Shown here: piece after piece, positions 1 to 12,259 of the stretch
How positions within the stretch are numbered: position 1 is the first letter of the stretch
How the letters are laid out: each line of letters begins with the position of its first letter
Program-made: the position numbers and the translations under genes
Source: Leucoraja ocellata
Lineage: Eukaryota
Direction of reading: 5' to 3'
NCBI GenBank assembly: GCA_036785375.1
Contig: JAWMAR010000578.1
Span: 868,001-932,000 of the forward strand
Length of the DNA: 64,000 bases
Notes under the pieces: model-generated
Seen by the model: the letters and a program-made list of their open reading frames with translations, nothing else
Database searches by the model: none
What the model was told of the DNA's origin: nothing

Positions 1-800
1 CCCAAATCTGCTCACAATACTCAAAATGCAGTCTAACCAATACCTTATAAAGCCTCACCATTAAATCCCTGTTTTTGTATTCTTGCCCACTCTAAATAAA
101 TGCAAGCATTGCATTCACCTTCCCTACTACCGATTCGACTTGTAAATTAACTTTTTGGGAATCCTGCACCAGCACTCCCAAGTCCCTTTGTATCTCCTAT
201 TTCTGAATTATCTCCCCATTTAAAAAATAGTCTATGCCTCTATTCCTACTACCAAAATGCATGACTCCATACTTTGCAACGCTGTTCTCGATCTGCCACT
301 TCCCAGCCCACTCTCAACCTGTTCAAGTCATTTTGCAGAGCTCCTGATTTATCTATACTACCTGCTCCTCCACCAATCTTTGTATCATCTGCAAATGTGG
401 CTATGAAGCCTTCAATTCCTTCATCCAAATCGTTGATATATACCGTGAAGAGAAGCAGTCCCAGTACGGACCTCTGCAGAACACCACTGGTCAGTGGTAG
501 CCAACCAGAAAATGCCTCCTTCATTGCCACTTTTTACCTTCTACTATCCAGCTAACTTGCTATCCATGCTAGTATCTTCCCTGTGATACCATGGACTCAC
601 ATCTTCTTTAGCAGCCTCCTGTGTGGCAGCTTATCATAGGTGTTCTGAAAATCCAAGTAAACCATATCCATGGACTCTCCTTTGTTTATCCTGCTATTTA
701 CTTCCTCAAAACGTTCCAGCAGGTTTGTCAGGCAACATCTTCCTTTCATAAAACCTATTTTATCGTGTGCGGATGTGGGGTACTCAGAAACCTCATCTTT
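1..800 (-). mobile_element. CR1-clade LINE reverse-transcriptase fragment
   Basis: ORF 249..530(-) has SGVLQRSVLGLLLFTVYINDLDEG...FADDTKIGG, the CR1 RT motifs (GVPQGSVLGP, FADD); degenerate. Confidence 0.9.
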
Positions 801-2369
801 TATAATGGACTAATTAACTTGTTTTCAGAATCATCATTATTTTTTAAATCCCGGATTTCAAATTTATTATGGTCTGCCATGGGATTTGAATCTAGGTACC
901 AAAGACTTTGCCCTGGACATTTAGACTATTAATCCAGGAATCATATCACTGTACTATTGCCACCCCATTTATAACTGAACACGCTCTCTAATTAAATAAA
1001 CCATGCTCGCTTTTATACAAGATCCTTTCCATTATTAAATTATGGACGATTGTGACATAGTCTTGAAAGGAATCTGACCAATATTTTAGTCTATTACCCC
1101 AAAATTACTTCCCCAACTAGACTGCACATATTTCTACAGTGCTTGCTCCAATTGCTGTCAACAGTAGTTAAGCATAAATTCCTACTTTGATCTATCCTAA
1201 GTCCTCTGGTGTTCACCTGTGTGTGACCCAGTGTTCCACTCTAAAATTGTTATGTTCCATCACATTTAGCACAGTGCACCATTTACCTTGCAATATCTTC
1301 ATTTAGCCTTTGCACTGGGTTGACATTTTTCCAAAGTTGTGAAATCAATCCATATCAATTCATTACGCAATTTGCCATCCAGCATGCAAACTATTACTTG
1401 GTTACAAATTCCTACCTCTTCCTGGCAACTGATTCATTAGCAGATACATCATGACATAGTTTCATATTTGACCCTTGGAACAGCTACCGCAAATTGTGCT
1501 TTGAAAACCATTATTTGCACTTCTGACTGACTACTTTGCTGCCTCAGTGCCTGCTGGCAAAAACCCATATACTTAGTTATTTTTAGATTTGACCTTTCCA
1601 ACATGTACATATCCTCTCAGTGTTGTGCCCCATACAAACTCGAGATCATTCCGGACGCTGCAACTGTGACCCAAGTTGAAAAAAATCCAATTTGCCCATC
1701 AATCCTGGGCAAAGCAGCACGCAATTAAGCATTGTCTCAATTTTAAAATACTCTTCCTGGTTGTCATATTGTTCATGCCTCACTCCTTCCTATTATCTAT
1801 CTCCAAAGTTATCTTCTCGACCCCTACAATAGAATAAGGTACCAGCACACGACGTCTAGTTCGCATCGTGAGCATCCTAGCTTTTAATTGTCCCATTGGC
1901 ATAATTGCCAATGCCCGTCTGCATCCATCTAACCAGATATTTTAGTTTCAGGATAGTTCTCAATGCCAATCTCTGATCAAGTATCGAGTCATTTGGCCTT
2001 CCCTCTCATTGCACCTCTGTGAAATTCTCTTTTGCAACACTCCTGTGACATGTCTCAGTAAGGTACTATTTAACAGCATGTAGTATTGTCGCAGTCCACG
2101 CATATATTTGATATTGAATGGCTCCATTTATTTATATCAGCTTCACCAACTGTGATACGCAGACATGTGATAACTAATTCAAAGAGAAACGATAAAGCAG
2201 ATAATGTATTCACCAAAAGAAATTCAAGGGATCTATCTCATCTAAGTTGTCTACAGAGATGTAAGTGTTACATTTATGTTTTACAAACCTTATTCACTGT
2301 AGAAGTGATGAAGGTAAACAAAACAGTACGACATGAAATCTTTAAGATAGCTCTAGTCATTTCCTGTAC

Positions 2370-2800
2370 TCGAGAGATGCTGCTTGAGTTACTCCAGCAT
2401 TGTGTCTATCTTCGGTTTAAAACAGCATCTGCTGTTCCTTCTTACACATTTTATCTGCTCCACTGCTAAATCTCAAGGTATGTCTACTTTGAAGAAGTTC
2501 TCCTCCTCCCTCCAACGAGTGTTCAGCAGCATCCTCTCTCGCTGCTCCCCCTCTGTGATTCCTCCTGTTCTCAGACCACGTTTTCTCATCTTGCAAACAG
2601 CTAACAATAAAGGCCTGTTTCCTTTATCATTGTTACTTTTTTGCACATTTTCATTCATTTGTTCTATGTCTCTCTACATTATCGTCTACACCCCGTGATT
2701 TTCAGTCTGAAGAAGGGTCTCGACCCGAAAAGTCATCCATTCCTTCTCTCCAGATATGCTGCCTGTCCCACTGAGTCACTCCAGCATTTTGTGCCTATTT
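2370..2800 (+). repeat. Short Penelope-associated interspersed repeat with hammerhead-like core
   Basis: CTGAAGAAGGGTCTCGACCCGAAA at 2707 followed by ...ccattccttctctccaga(t/g)atgctgcctgtccc...ctccagcattttgtg; the same unit recurs ~15 times in the window. Confidence 0.75.
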
Positions 2801-2879
2801 CCACCCTTGACATATTGCAATTAATAAATACTTAAAGTGATAGTTTTCTAGCTGCTAGTATTTTCAAAGTGTTGGCAAC

Positions 2880-3890
2880 CCAAGGTCTGGGCCCTTCTTC
2901 AGAGTGATTGTGATGGGGAAGAAAGGAAAGCTGGAAGAGCGGAGGGGCAAGACAAAGCCTGGCAAGTGGTATGTGGATAAGGGTGGGCTGGGGATGCAGG
3001 AGGTTTGATAGGCAGATGGTTGGACAAAGGACAGATGAAAAGATAGCAGGTGCGAGATTAGAAGTGCAAATTGTGAACCAGACGAAGACTAGGTGGAAGG
3101 GGAGGAGGATAATAATAATAATAATAAATTTTATTGTCATTGCACATAAGTGCAACGAGATTTGCGTTTGCAGCTTGCAGGATGGGGGGGGGGGGGGGGG
3201 GGATATGTCCAAGTAGGTACAGAAAAGCGATGGGGAGGGGGTAGTGGTTGAGAGGGGGGGGGGTTTGTTTATAGGTTAGCTACCTAAAATTAGTTAGGTT
3301 GTAAGCTACCCAAGCGGAATACAAGGGGGTGCTCCTCCAGTTTGCTCGAGGTCTAATTCTGGCAATGGAGGACCAGGAATGAAAGGTCAGAATTGGAATG
3401 GGAAGATAACAGCTGGGATCCACTATCGGCCATGAACAGCAACAGAATTACACAGTGTAACTTCATAAACCACTATATGCCCGATTCTGACACAACTAAT
3501 CAGAACAAAAGGAAAACCCTAGTTCAATGTTGAGGTACGTCAGGAACAGTGCTGTGTGCCAAAAGCTGTCAATATGAACCTATAAAATTAAAATTACAGG
3601 ACATTGGGGATGCTGGAATATTGTACAAAAAAGTATTGGTGGATCAGTCTGAAAACTAGGTTAGAAATTACCTAAAACTGGAGAATTCAACTTTCATACC
3701 GTTGGGTTGTAAGATACTGAAGCAGAATACAAAGTGTTGTCCCCCAGTTTATGTATGGCCTCACTCTGACAATGGAGGCGGCTCAGAACAGAAAGGTCAG
3801 TATGGGAATAAGAAGGGGGTTTAAAATGGTCAGCAACCAGGAGATTCAGTAGGCTTTGGCGGACCAAGTGTAGCCAAACCGGCAAACCAT
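2880..3890 (-). mobile_element. Penelope-like element 3' fragments (GIY-YIG tail)
   Basis: ORF 3694..3885(-) LLVADHFKPPSYSHTDLSVLSRLHCQSEAIHKL resembles the PLE GIY-YIG C-terminus (VAxHFN...H...); a second related piece lies at ~3280-3410. Confidence 0.7.
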
Positions 3891-5469
3891 CAGTACTTGA
3901 AATTCCAAGCCAAGAACAGAATGCTCACAAGATAAAACCTGTGACTTGATCAGCTGCAGAGACAGCTAAACCTGTTGCATTTAGAGAATTATCATCAGAA
4001 GCTTCTCAAGGTCAGGAGCAATTATCAAAAGGTAGTAACCCACTTCAGGCCCAAACTAATAATTGCTTTCTTCAGCACTGCAACTAGAACAGTGTTTAGC
4101 CACACGGTACATCAATTGGATATAAACTTTGGGAATAGTCTTTTGGCATTCTCAATGGATTGCCATGGACAAATTGACAGAATATCAACATGACAAGCAG
4201 CGTAAAACTCATGCTCATATACTAAAAATAATTAATTTGCCTCTTTTAAGATCAACGGTGACTCCTACAAACTTTCCAAATGCTTTTCAGTTGGCCTCAG
4301 TGTACGTGGGGCATACCTCAGGGATTGCAGTGTTATGCAAAATAAATCAGACATGTGAGTGTATTTAAAAAATCAATTATGCACCATGCAGTAAATGCCA
4401 CCTCAGTTTATTTTGTGTGAAATACTCCCTAGTGTACAGATAATCAAAACAAACTTCAGAAGATTTTTTTTTTTTTTTTTTTTTTTTTGCACTGTGTTTT
4501 TGTTGACAGGTCTCAATGGAACTAAAAATAGTTGTGACTCTTTCCAGACAATGCACCCTCTTGTATCTCATCCAAATTACCCATTCCACTTGCAAAACTC
4601 AAATTGGCAGTGGTGGGTAAAAGGAAGAGATTTAAAAAAAAAAAAACCCTAAGGAATTGAAGTCTGCCTAGTTTTCTACCAATCGGAGTAAAATCAGGTA
4701 ATTCAGCATTGGTGAGAAAATAAACCCAGGATCTTGAGCAAATAATACCAACAAAGTACTGGAGGAAACCCACAGGTCAGGAAGGATCTGTTGAAGCAAT
4801 GGTCAAACAACATTTTGGGTCGGAACATTTCAGAATGACTGGAGTAGGGGGAAGAAAGCTGGAAAAGAAAGGTGGGGGTTCAACAAAGCCTGGCTAGTAA
4901 TGTGGATACAGGTGCCCGGTGGTGTGTGTGGATGTTTCATTGGCAAGTGACAACGGCTAGGCTTGAGAAGGAGACAAAGGCATCAGATAAGGAAAATAGA
5001 AGAGTGAAATGTAAAGCTGGAAAGTGGGATATGGGTGGAAGGGGAAAAAGGGGAAGATATAGTTTACAATCTGAGTAAGAGACTGTAGAACTGTCACTTC
5101 TGCTGCAAGCCATCCATCTGGGAATTGATTCAGCTTTTCAATCCCTCTTAGCGGGCATGTCCTATATTTTGCATGATGTTGTCTACATTATCACTATCTA
5201 TTGCCATTACTATTTACCCACTGAGCAACTCGATTAAATATATTTATTTTATTACTCCATTGCTTCCATAGCCTTCTCTATAATTTTTAACTAACTATAT
5301 TTTGCTCCATTTGAGTTCTGACAAAGCATCTTTGACCTGAAAATGTTAACTGTTTCTATTTACACAAATGCTGCCTGACCTGCTACGTTTCTGAAGAAAG
5401 GGTCTCGACCTGAAACGTCACCCATTCCTTCTCTCCAGTGATGCTGCCTGTTCCGCTGAGTTACTCCAG

Positions 5470-6595
5470 CTTTTTGTGTGTATCTGAGGTAGAGGAGAAT
5501 CTGACTGTACCCTATCTTATGGAAGAACTATTCAGAGGGGAATTTGGTGGTGCGCTCTTTCAAGCTTCTGTATCTTCTGGGCTTGACAGAGGTGGGAAGG
5601 GCTTTGATAATGTTGGCTGCTTTTCCGAAGCACCAGGAAGTATCTGGTGGAGGTACTCTGCATGATGAACTAGGCTACATCCACAAATCTGCAATTTCTT
5701 GTGATCTGGGGCAGAGCTGTTACCAAATAAAGCTGTGATGCAACCCAACAATATGCTTTCTATGGGGCAATAGTAAAAGATTGTAAGAGTCATTGGAGAC
5801 ATGCCACATTTCCTTCAGTCACCTGAGGAAGTAGAAATGTCAGTGTGCCTTATTGGCTGTGGCTTCAATTCAGTTGAAGCCACAGCCAGGGAATTTAAAC
5901 TTCTCAATCAATTCTACTGCAGTAGCATTGATGCTAATTGGGGCATGTACTTACTCCACCACTCTTCATGAAGTAGATAACTAGCTCCTTCATCTTGCTA
6001 ACATTAAGGGAGAGATCACTAGCCTGACATTATGTTACTAGGTTCTCCATTATTTTCTGGACTCAGCCTTGTCGTTGTCATCCAGTCCATCACAGAGGTA
6101 TCGTCTGCAAACTTGTAGATGCAGTTAGAGTTTAATTTGTCCACACAGTTGCGAGTGTCCAGGGAATATCATAAGGGACTGAAAACGCATCCTTGCAGGG
6201 TACTGGTATTAGGAATTATTGTGGACAATGTGTTGTCCCCTATCCTCACTGAATGTGGTCTATGGATCAGAATGTTGAGGAACCAATGGCAGATGGCAGT
6301 GCGGGCTCCAATGTCCACGAATTTGGAGATCATTTTGGATGAGATTATAAGTGTCCTTGTTGTGTAGGTGTTCCAAAGGCGAACCTTGGCTCGTGAGATG
6401 ACATCCGCTGGAACATATTGTGACGAGAGACAAACTGCAGTGGATCAAGTGTCTGGGAGGCTGGAGTTAATTTGCACCATTACCAGTCTCTCCACGCACT
6501 TTCATGATAGTGAATGTTAGAGCCATTGGACAATAGTTACAGCATGCCACCTTAGTTTTCTTTGGCACTAGGATAATAGTGATCATCATAAAATA
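5470..6595 (-). mobile_element. Rex1/Babar-like non-LTR retrotransposon fragment
   Basis: 5560..5802(-) TIFYYCPIESILLGCITALFGNSSAPDHKKLQ matches the Rex1 RT C-terminus; 6467..6590 IILVPKKTKVACCNYCPMALTFTIMK is RT domain 1/2. Confidence 0.75.
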
Positions 6596-6860
6596 GACGA
6601 CGGCCACAGAGGCCAACAGAATTAACAAGCTCATCAGAAAGACTGGCTCCGTCCTGGGGGTGAGGTTGGATTCACTGGAGGTGGTGTTGGAGGTGATGAT
6701 ACTCCTCAAACTGCAGAGCATCTTGGACAATACCGCTCACCCCCTCCATGACACACTGATCAACCCTGAGGAGCACCTTCAGCAACAGACTGGTTCCACC
6801 AACATTCAGCACAGAACGCCACGAGAGCCCTTTTCCCCTGTGGCTACCAAACTGTACAAT
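6596..6860 (+). mobile_element. Rex1-like LINE 3' fragment, opposite orientation
   Basis: RINKLIRKTGSVLGVRLDSLEVV...LQSILDNTAHPLHDTL, a typical Rex1-group C-terminus. Confidence 0.7.
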
Positions 6861-7489
6861 CCCCCCCCCCCCCTTTGCACATCCCCAATCCTGGGCTTTC
6901 AACTTGTCACTTTAATTTCATGTTTCATGTATTGTAGGATTCCACAGATTCCCTCTCAGGAAGGCCGATCTTGCAACTGCCACAGTGATCATTGATGTAG
7001 GCGCCTCTGAGACTAAAGGGCAGGTGATGTTCCTCTATTGACCCTCTGCTCAAAGTGAGCATAAAATATTCCCTCTTATTCAAAAAATTACCACTTGCAA
7101 ATAAGTGATCCAGAAACTGACCATCAGTACCTGGTATAAAAACAAAAGCAGCTGCTACTGTTTACACAAGTAAAAAAAAGTTATTAAATTATTAAAGTTA
7201 GCGAGTTTGCAATACTATGCTTTTGTACAACATATCAAACTGAATAATGGTTCCCAAGGAAAACCATTTCTACCAGACAGACTGTAAACAGGATAAAAAC
7301 ACAGCAGCAGTGCATATTCAGTTCTTGACCAAAACATAAAATTAATACTTGGGCACCAAAAAGCGTGGCTTACACCCAATGTTACCAATTCACTAAATCA
7401 AGCAATGAGCAACTTCAGTTGGAAAAAATCCACTCTTCATGGAGTAGTTTTCACAGTGCAACATAGGGAAATGAGAGTAGGATAGGTGG

Positions 7490-7780
7490 GGTTACTTGCA
7501 GTTGGAGAATTCAATATCCATACCTTGAGGTCTAAGCTGCCTAAGGGAATACAAGGTGCTGTTCTTCCAAAGTCCATGTGGCCTTACTTTGGCCACTTTT
7601 ATATCAACGAGAACAAGTGTAGAAAAGCAGATCTTCACACTGATCACTTGTGCTCTATTTGCTAAGGTCTGCTGGAACACCCCGGTAGCTAACCATGTGA
7701 ACTCCCCTTCTCATACCGATCTTTCTGGCCTTGGCCTCATACATTGCCAGAGTGAGGCCACACACAAACTGTAAGAACTG
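7490..7780. mobile_element. Two inverted Penelope GIY-YIG tail fragments
   Basis: Plus: PVANHVNSPSHTDLSGLGLIHCQSEATHKL; minus: LRPQGMDIEFSN. Same family as 3694..3885. Confidence 0.65.
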
Positions 7781-8865
7781 TAACTTGCCCCTGTCCTGCC
7801 CTTCACACACTCATTTCACATCCCCAAGTTCCATACATTCACTTCAACTTTCACTCTTTCCCTTGTCGTTGCTCCATTACAGACTTTATTCCCATTTTCT
7901 AAAATGATGTTGAGACAAAAAAAATGTTGGTGTACTTCCTCATTCTGAAATCTAATTTCTTCTGAATCCAATGGGACCTAGATTACATTTCCTCTGAGAA
8001 ATAAGACACATTCCTTTCTTGCCCAATTTTATTTCTTATATTTTCTCTGGCAATTACTGACATCTCTTTGTTTGTTACTAAAATTCTACCAGCCCCCAGA
8101 CATCCGGCAACATTATAAACCTCTTAATCCAACTCTATACTTTCTCTCTAGGCCAAATTATTTCTCCCAAAGAAGTGTTATAATTTTCAATAAACATACA
8201 TTATACTGAAATATTTATTTAAATATTTGTCTTTCGAGCATTTTTTTTAAACCAATTTCCCAATCTAGCTAAAGTAACTGTATACATTTAATTGACAATC
8301 TAGTACATTCAATGGAAATTTATCTTATCATGACAGCACTTGACCAAATTGTTTCTTTTGTATGCTCTTACTATTTGTATTGTCTCATAAATTCACTTCT
8401 ACATCTTGTACAATGAATATTTAAATTTATGGCTGTTCTTTATGAGAGCTCTTTGATAGCTTATATACACAGATTTCTAGATAATCCATAAACCGTATAG
8501 AAGTGAGAAGGCTTTATCTTGCATGTGAAAGTCAAAACAACAACCACCAATGTTATACTGTAGACACTAAACACTGGAGTAACTCAGCAGGACAGGCAGC
8601 ATCTCTGGAGAGAAGGAATGGGTGATGTTTCAGATTATACTGTCAGACAAAAAGCGCCTCCTGACATTTAGATTGCCATTATGTGGCTCCATTTTCTTTT
8701 ATTAATTGAGCATAACTATCAATCTTCTGTTTATTGTACAAAACGTCCAACAATCTCCACCCCTTCTAACTCATCCCCAAAATATAATTTTGAAAGTAGT
8801 TAGCTTTACAAAATTACGCAATGGGAAAAAGTTTGCAGAAACATAAAAATAAACCTTGAGTAGGG

Positions 8866-9095
8866 AAGCATTAACATTTGCATGGGGGGGGGGGGGGAGA
8901 AAGCATGGGAGGCTTCTGACCACTATTCAGCGACTCGATAACAAGTGTAAACATACATGGGTATGGATAAATGGCAAAAGCATTAACATTTGCATACAAA
9001 CACACAGGTTAAGGCAAGAATAAAAAAGCAAATGAGACTTCTGACCACATGAATCTCTACTGAGTGTTAATATACATGGGTATGAGTATATGACA
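8866..9095. repeat. Degenerate tandem duplication, ~112-bp period
   Basis: aagcattaacatttgcat at 8866 and 8978, each followed by cttctgaccac and atacatgggtatg. Confidence 0.7.
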
Positions 9096-10140
9096 GTTAA
9101 ATCCAATTGTGATCCAAGTCCTTTGACCTGCTTTCCTTGCCTAGGTTTAGATAGACCGAGCACTTTGGACAGATATAATATTCACAAAATGGCAATATTT
9201 AAGTAGGATGGGAAAAATTTGATTCTTTTTTTGTGCTCAGATTTGGATACAGCTGTTGTAGAAACTGTCTGAAGACTTTAAATTCCACTAACTAAAACAC
9301 TATAAATATTTGTTGGGCACCATCTTGCCTATGAAATGTGCATCCAAGCTGAAATTGTTTCAAGTTCCGATTTCATCTTCAAAGTTCAAAAAGTTTGCAA
9401 TTCATATTCATGTAGATTCATGAGTAGCTTAAAGGGAATTTCATGTTTATTAACTCACTGCAGAACAACATTATGGCTATTATAAAATATCATGTTTTAC
9501 CAAGTTTGCGATATTTTGAATTTAACAGAATAATTTCCAAAATATTTACAAGATGCTTTAAAACTTTGGACAAACATTTCAACTAAATACAATGACGAAT
9601 AAAAGGTATTTCCTAACACATCACAACAAGAATCCAATGCCAGTGGCAAATAATCAGATTCACAACGTTTATTTGACTAATTTACAATGTTATTTTGTAT
9701 GTTCTAAATATTTATCCCAAGTGAAACATATCTTTCAGTTCAGTAAATTGTTTGAAGATTTTGATGTAGATGTTTAAAAATACAAAGTATCCAATTTTAA
9801 AATAACGCAAAATAAAAGTTCTGCAGAATATTCGATTCCTTCCAACAGAGAAAATCACGGGAAATTAAGGAAATATTATCTGACCATCGGAGTTTTTAGC
9901 GATAATTCAACTACATCGCATTATCACCAGAAAATTCACATCTCCTATATTTTTAAAACACTTTGGGGGAGTTGCAATTTTACTTTCAACATTTCGCACA
10001 TTTAGAAAAATCTGAAGCAAGTCAATGCCTTAACTATTTTGCCTCTTGAAAGTATGAAGCTTGGACAGAAAGTCCTCTCGATTTTTAGATTTCCGGCGAC
10101 AGGAAGGGGGCGGGGTGAAGGGAGAAACCCAAACACTCAC

Positions 10141-10533
10141 CCAAATACACCAGCCGTCTGATACCAGGTACCAGGCTATTTCCAGGGCGAATCCGTGGCC
10201 TTGAGCCCACTCCGGTCTGCCCGAGAGTCCCAAATCGGGCTCACCATGGTCAACGTAGATCCCTGCGCCAGGGTGGACGCGCTGCTCGCGGTCTGCTCCG
10301 GTTTCCCCGTCGCTGTTGGCTTCGGCGGCCGGTAGATCGCCGCTTATGGCGTCAATAGGGATGGGAGTGCCGAGGTTGGGATGGTAACGAGGGACAGAGA
10401 TCGGAGCTTGGCCCGGGGGCAGGCTGAGGTGAGAGTAGGCGCTGAAGAGGCTGGCGGCGAGCAGTACCGCGCTGAGGGCTGTGTACAACCTCAGACTGGG
10501 CCAAGGGAAGCGTTCGAGGAAAAGCAGCGGCAT
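10141..10533 (-). CDS. AMFR: E3 ubiquitin ligase AMFR (gp78), coding exon 1 (131 codons); later exons not identified in the window
   Basis: MPLLFLERFPWPSLRLYTALS... is the AMFR N-terminus; IAWYLVSDGWCIW is followed by a phase-0 GTGAGT donor at 10140; CpG-rich context. Confidence 0.95.
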
Positions 10534-10810
10534 GATCGGGCCGAGGCTCGACTTGCGGGTGAGGGTGAGAGCGGCGCTGCCGTTAGCCAGTGACGAAGCG
10601 CGGGCGCGAACCGCTGTCTCCCCTGCTCCTCCCGAGTTTGTGGCGAGTAGCAGTGGGCGACGTCGCCAACAAGCGGGGCGGCTGGTGATCTGTTGAAAGC
10701 ACCCGGAAATGAAATGTGTGAGACGTCAGCACAGTTCAGGGAACATCCTGAAAGGGGTGAGGTCACGTTGCCATGGTTATAATCTCCGGGGTCACTGCAG
10801 CAGTCGCGAC
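10534..10810 (-). promoter_or_regulatory. AMFR 5' UTR and CpG-island promoter
   Basis: CpG-rich; ETS-like CCGGAAAT (~10703), CRE-like GACGTCA (~10723), GGGGCGG GC box (~10675). Confidence 0.6.
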
Positions 10811-11183
10811 ATTATTCTCATCTGCGGTCAATGTAATTATAATCATGTGATAATCTTGCTATAAATCGCCGTGGAAAATTGAAGAAATTATATCTTATAT
10901 TTCTCTTTCATGTCTAGTTTTCACACCTTACACTTAGGGGTGGGAGTTTATCTCTGTGTCTCCCTCACCCCTGACTCAGTTTGAAGACAGGTCTCAAGCT
11001 GAAATGTCACCCATTCCTTCCATCCAGAGATGCTGCGTGTCCCGCTGAGCTACTCCAGCATTTTGTTGACTGGTACGTTAGGAACACTTGGCGCTGGAAT
11101 AATTCGGTGGGTTAGATGACATCCCTAAAGTACATATTATGAAGTTGTAGGAATAGCGACAAGTAGTTTAACTTCATAAGTTT

Positions 11184-12017
11184 ATAGGGTGATTTCATGA
11201 AAGGTCACTGGAGCGTAGATCCGCACCCACGTGACCGAAAATCTTAACTGGAGTACATGTTATACATCGGTGCATGTTAGTGATTGGGAAAACACGCACT
11301 TTCCCACCCGTTAAAAACATCGAAATGTCAATGTCCACAACAAGGCAGGATGGAAACTCAGGACTATGCCTTAGCTTATGGAAGGACCATTCAGAAGCAT
11401 AATAACGGGGGAAGAAGCTGTGGCTGAGTCTGGTGGTGTGTGCTCTCAAGCTTCTGTTTCTTCTGCCCTATGAGGACAGTGGGAAGCAGAAATGACCGGG
11501 GTAGGAATGGTCCTTGATTATGTTGGCTGCTTTCCCAAAGCAGCGTGATATGTAAATGGTGTCAATGTTGGCGAGTCTGGTCTGTGTGGTGGACTGAGCT
11601 GCATCCACAACTCTCTGCAATATCTTGCAATCTTGGGCAGGCATTATTAACTTACTTTTGATGAAATTCAGTGAGCAAACGCGATAATTCCTGATATTTT
11701 GGATCTTTAAATCTCCACGGCAAATGTCTGCTAAGCACTTCCGCTGTTTTTCCACCTTCAGTTCCCTCTTGTAATTACCTTACTTTCTATCTTTTTTTTT
11801 GCCTGAAAATTTAGGTCGCTGTGCTTCACGGTCACCCCGACTAGCACAGAAAATTTCAGCTCAAATATCGGCCGTTTTCCATGTTTTTAACGGGTGAGAA
11901 AGTGCGTGTTTTCCCATTCACTAACATGTACCGATGTATAACATGTACTCCAGTTGAAATTTTCGGTCACGTGGGTGCAGATCTACGCTCCAGTGACCTT
12001 TCGTGAAATTACCCTAT
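11184..12017. mobile_element. Non-autonomous DNA transposon (MITE) with ~140-bp terminal inverted repeats, containing a Rex1-like fragment (~11330-11640)
   Basis: 11184-11325 (atagggtgatttcatgaaaggtcactggagcgtagat...ttaaaaacat) is the near-perfect reverse complement of 11876-12017 (...atctacgctccagtgacctttcgtgaaattaccctat). Confidence 0.9.
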
Positions 12018-12259
12018 TGACCACGAAGCAACCAAACTATTGACAAAGCCCCTGCATTCCGTTCAGTACTCCCTGTCTGAACTGCTCCTGGATGGCACGC
12101 ATGCGTTAAATAACATACTTTGGCGGTTGCAAGAACGACAACTGAATTTTTTAAATAATTTTTATTCGGAAATTCACTCTTCAGTTTACAGGCTTTCTTG
12201 ACACGTCTGGCTACAATGGTGGTCAGTGCTGACCTGCCGCGTGAAAACAAAACCGCGCA

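Noticed and set aside
6960-7131. AMFR exon 2 at the minus-strand acceptor tttttataccag|GTACTG
   Set aside because: No frame gives the expected VLVNTACC...FGPLRVSE peptide; AMFR exon 2 was not found in 1-10140.
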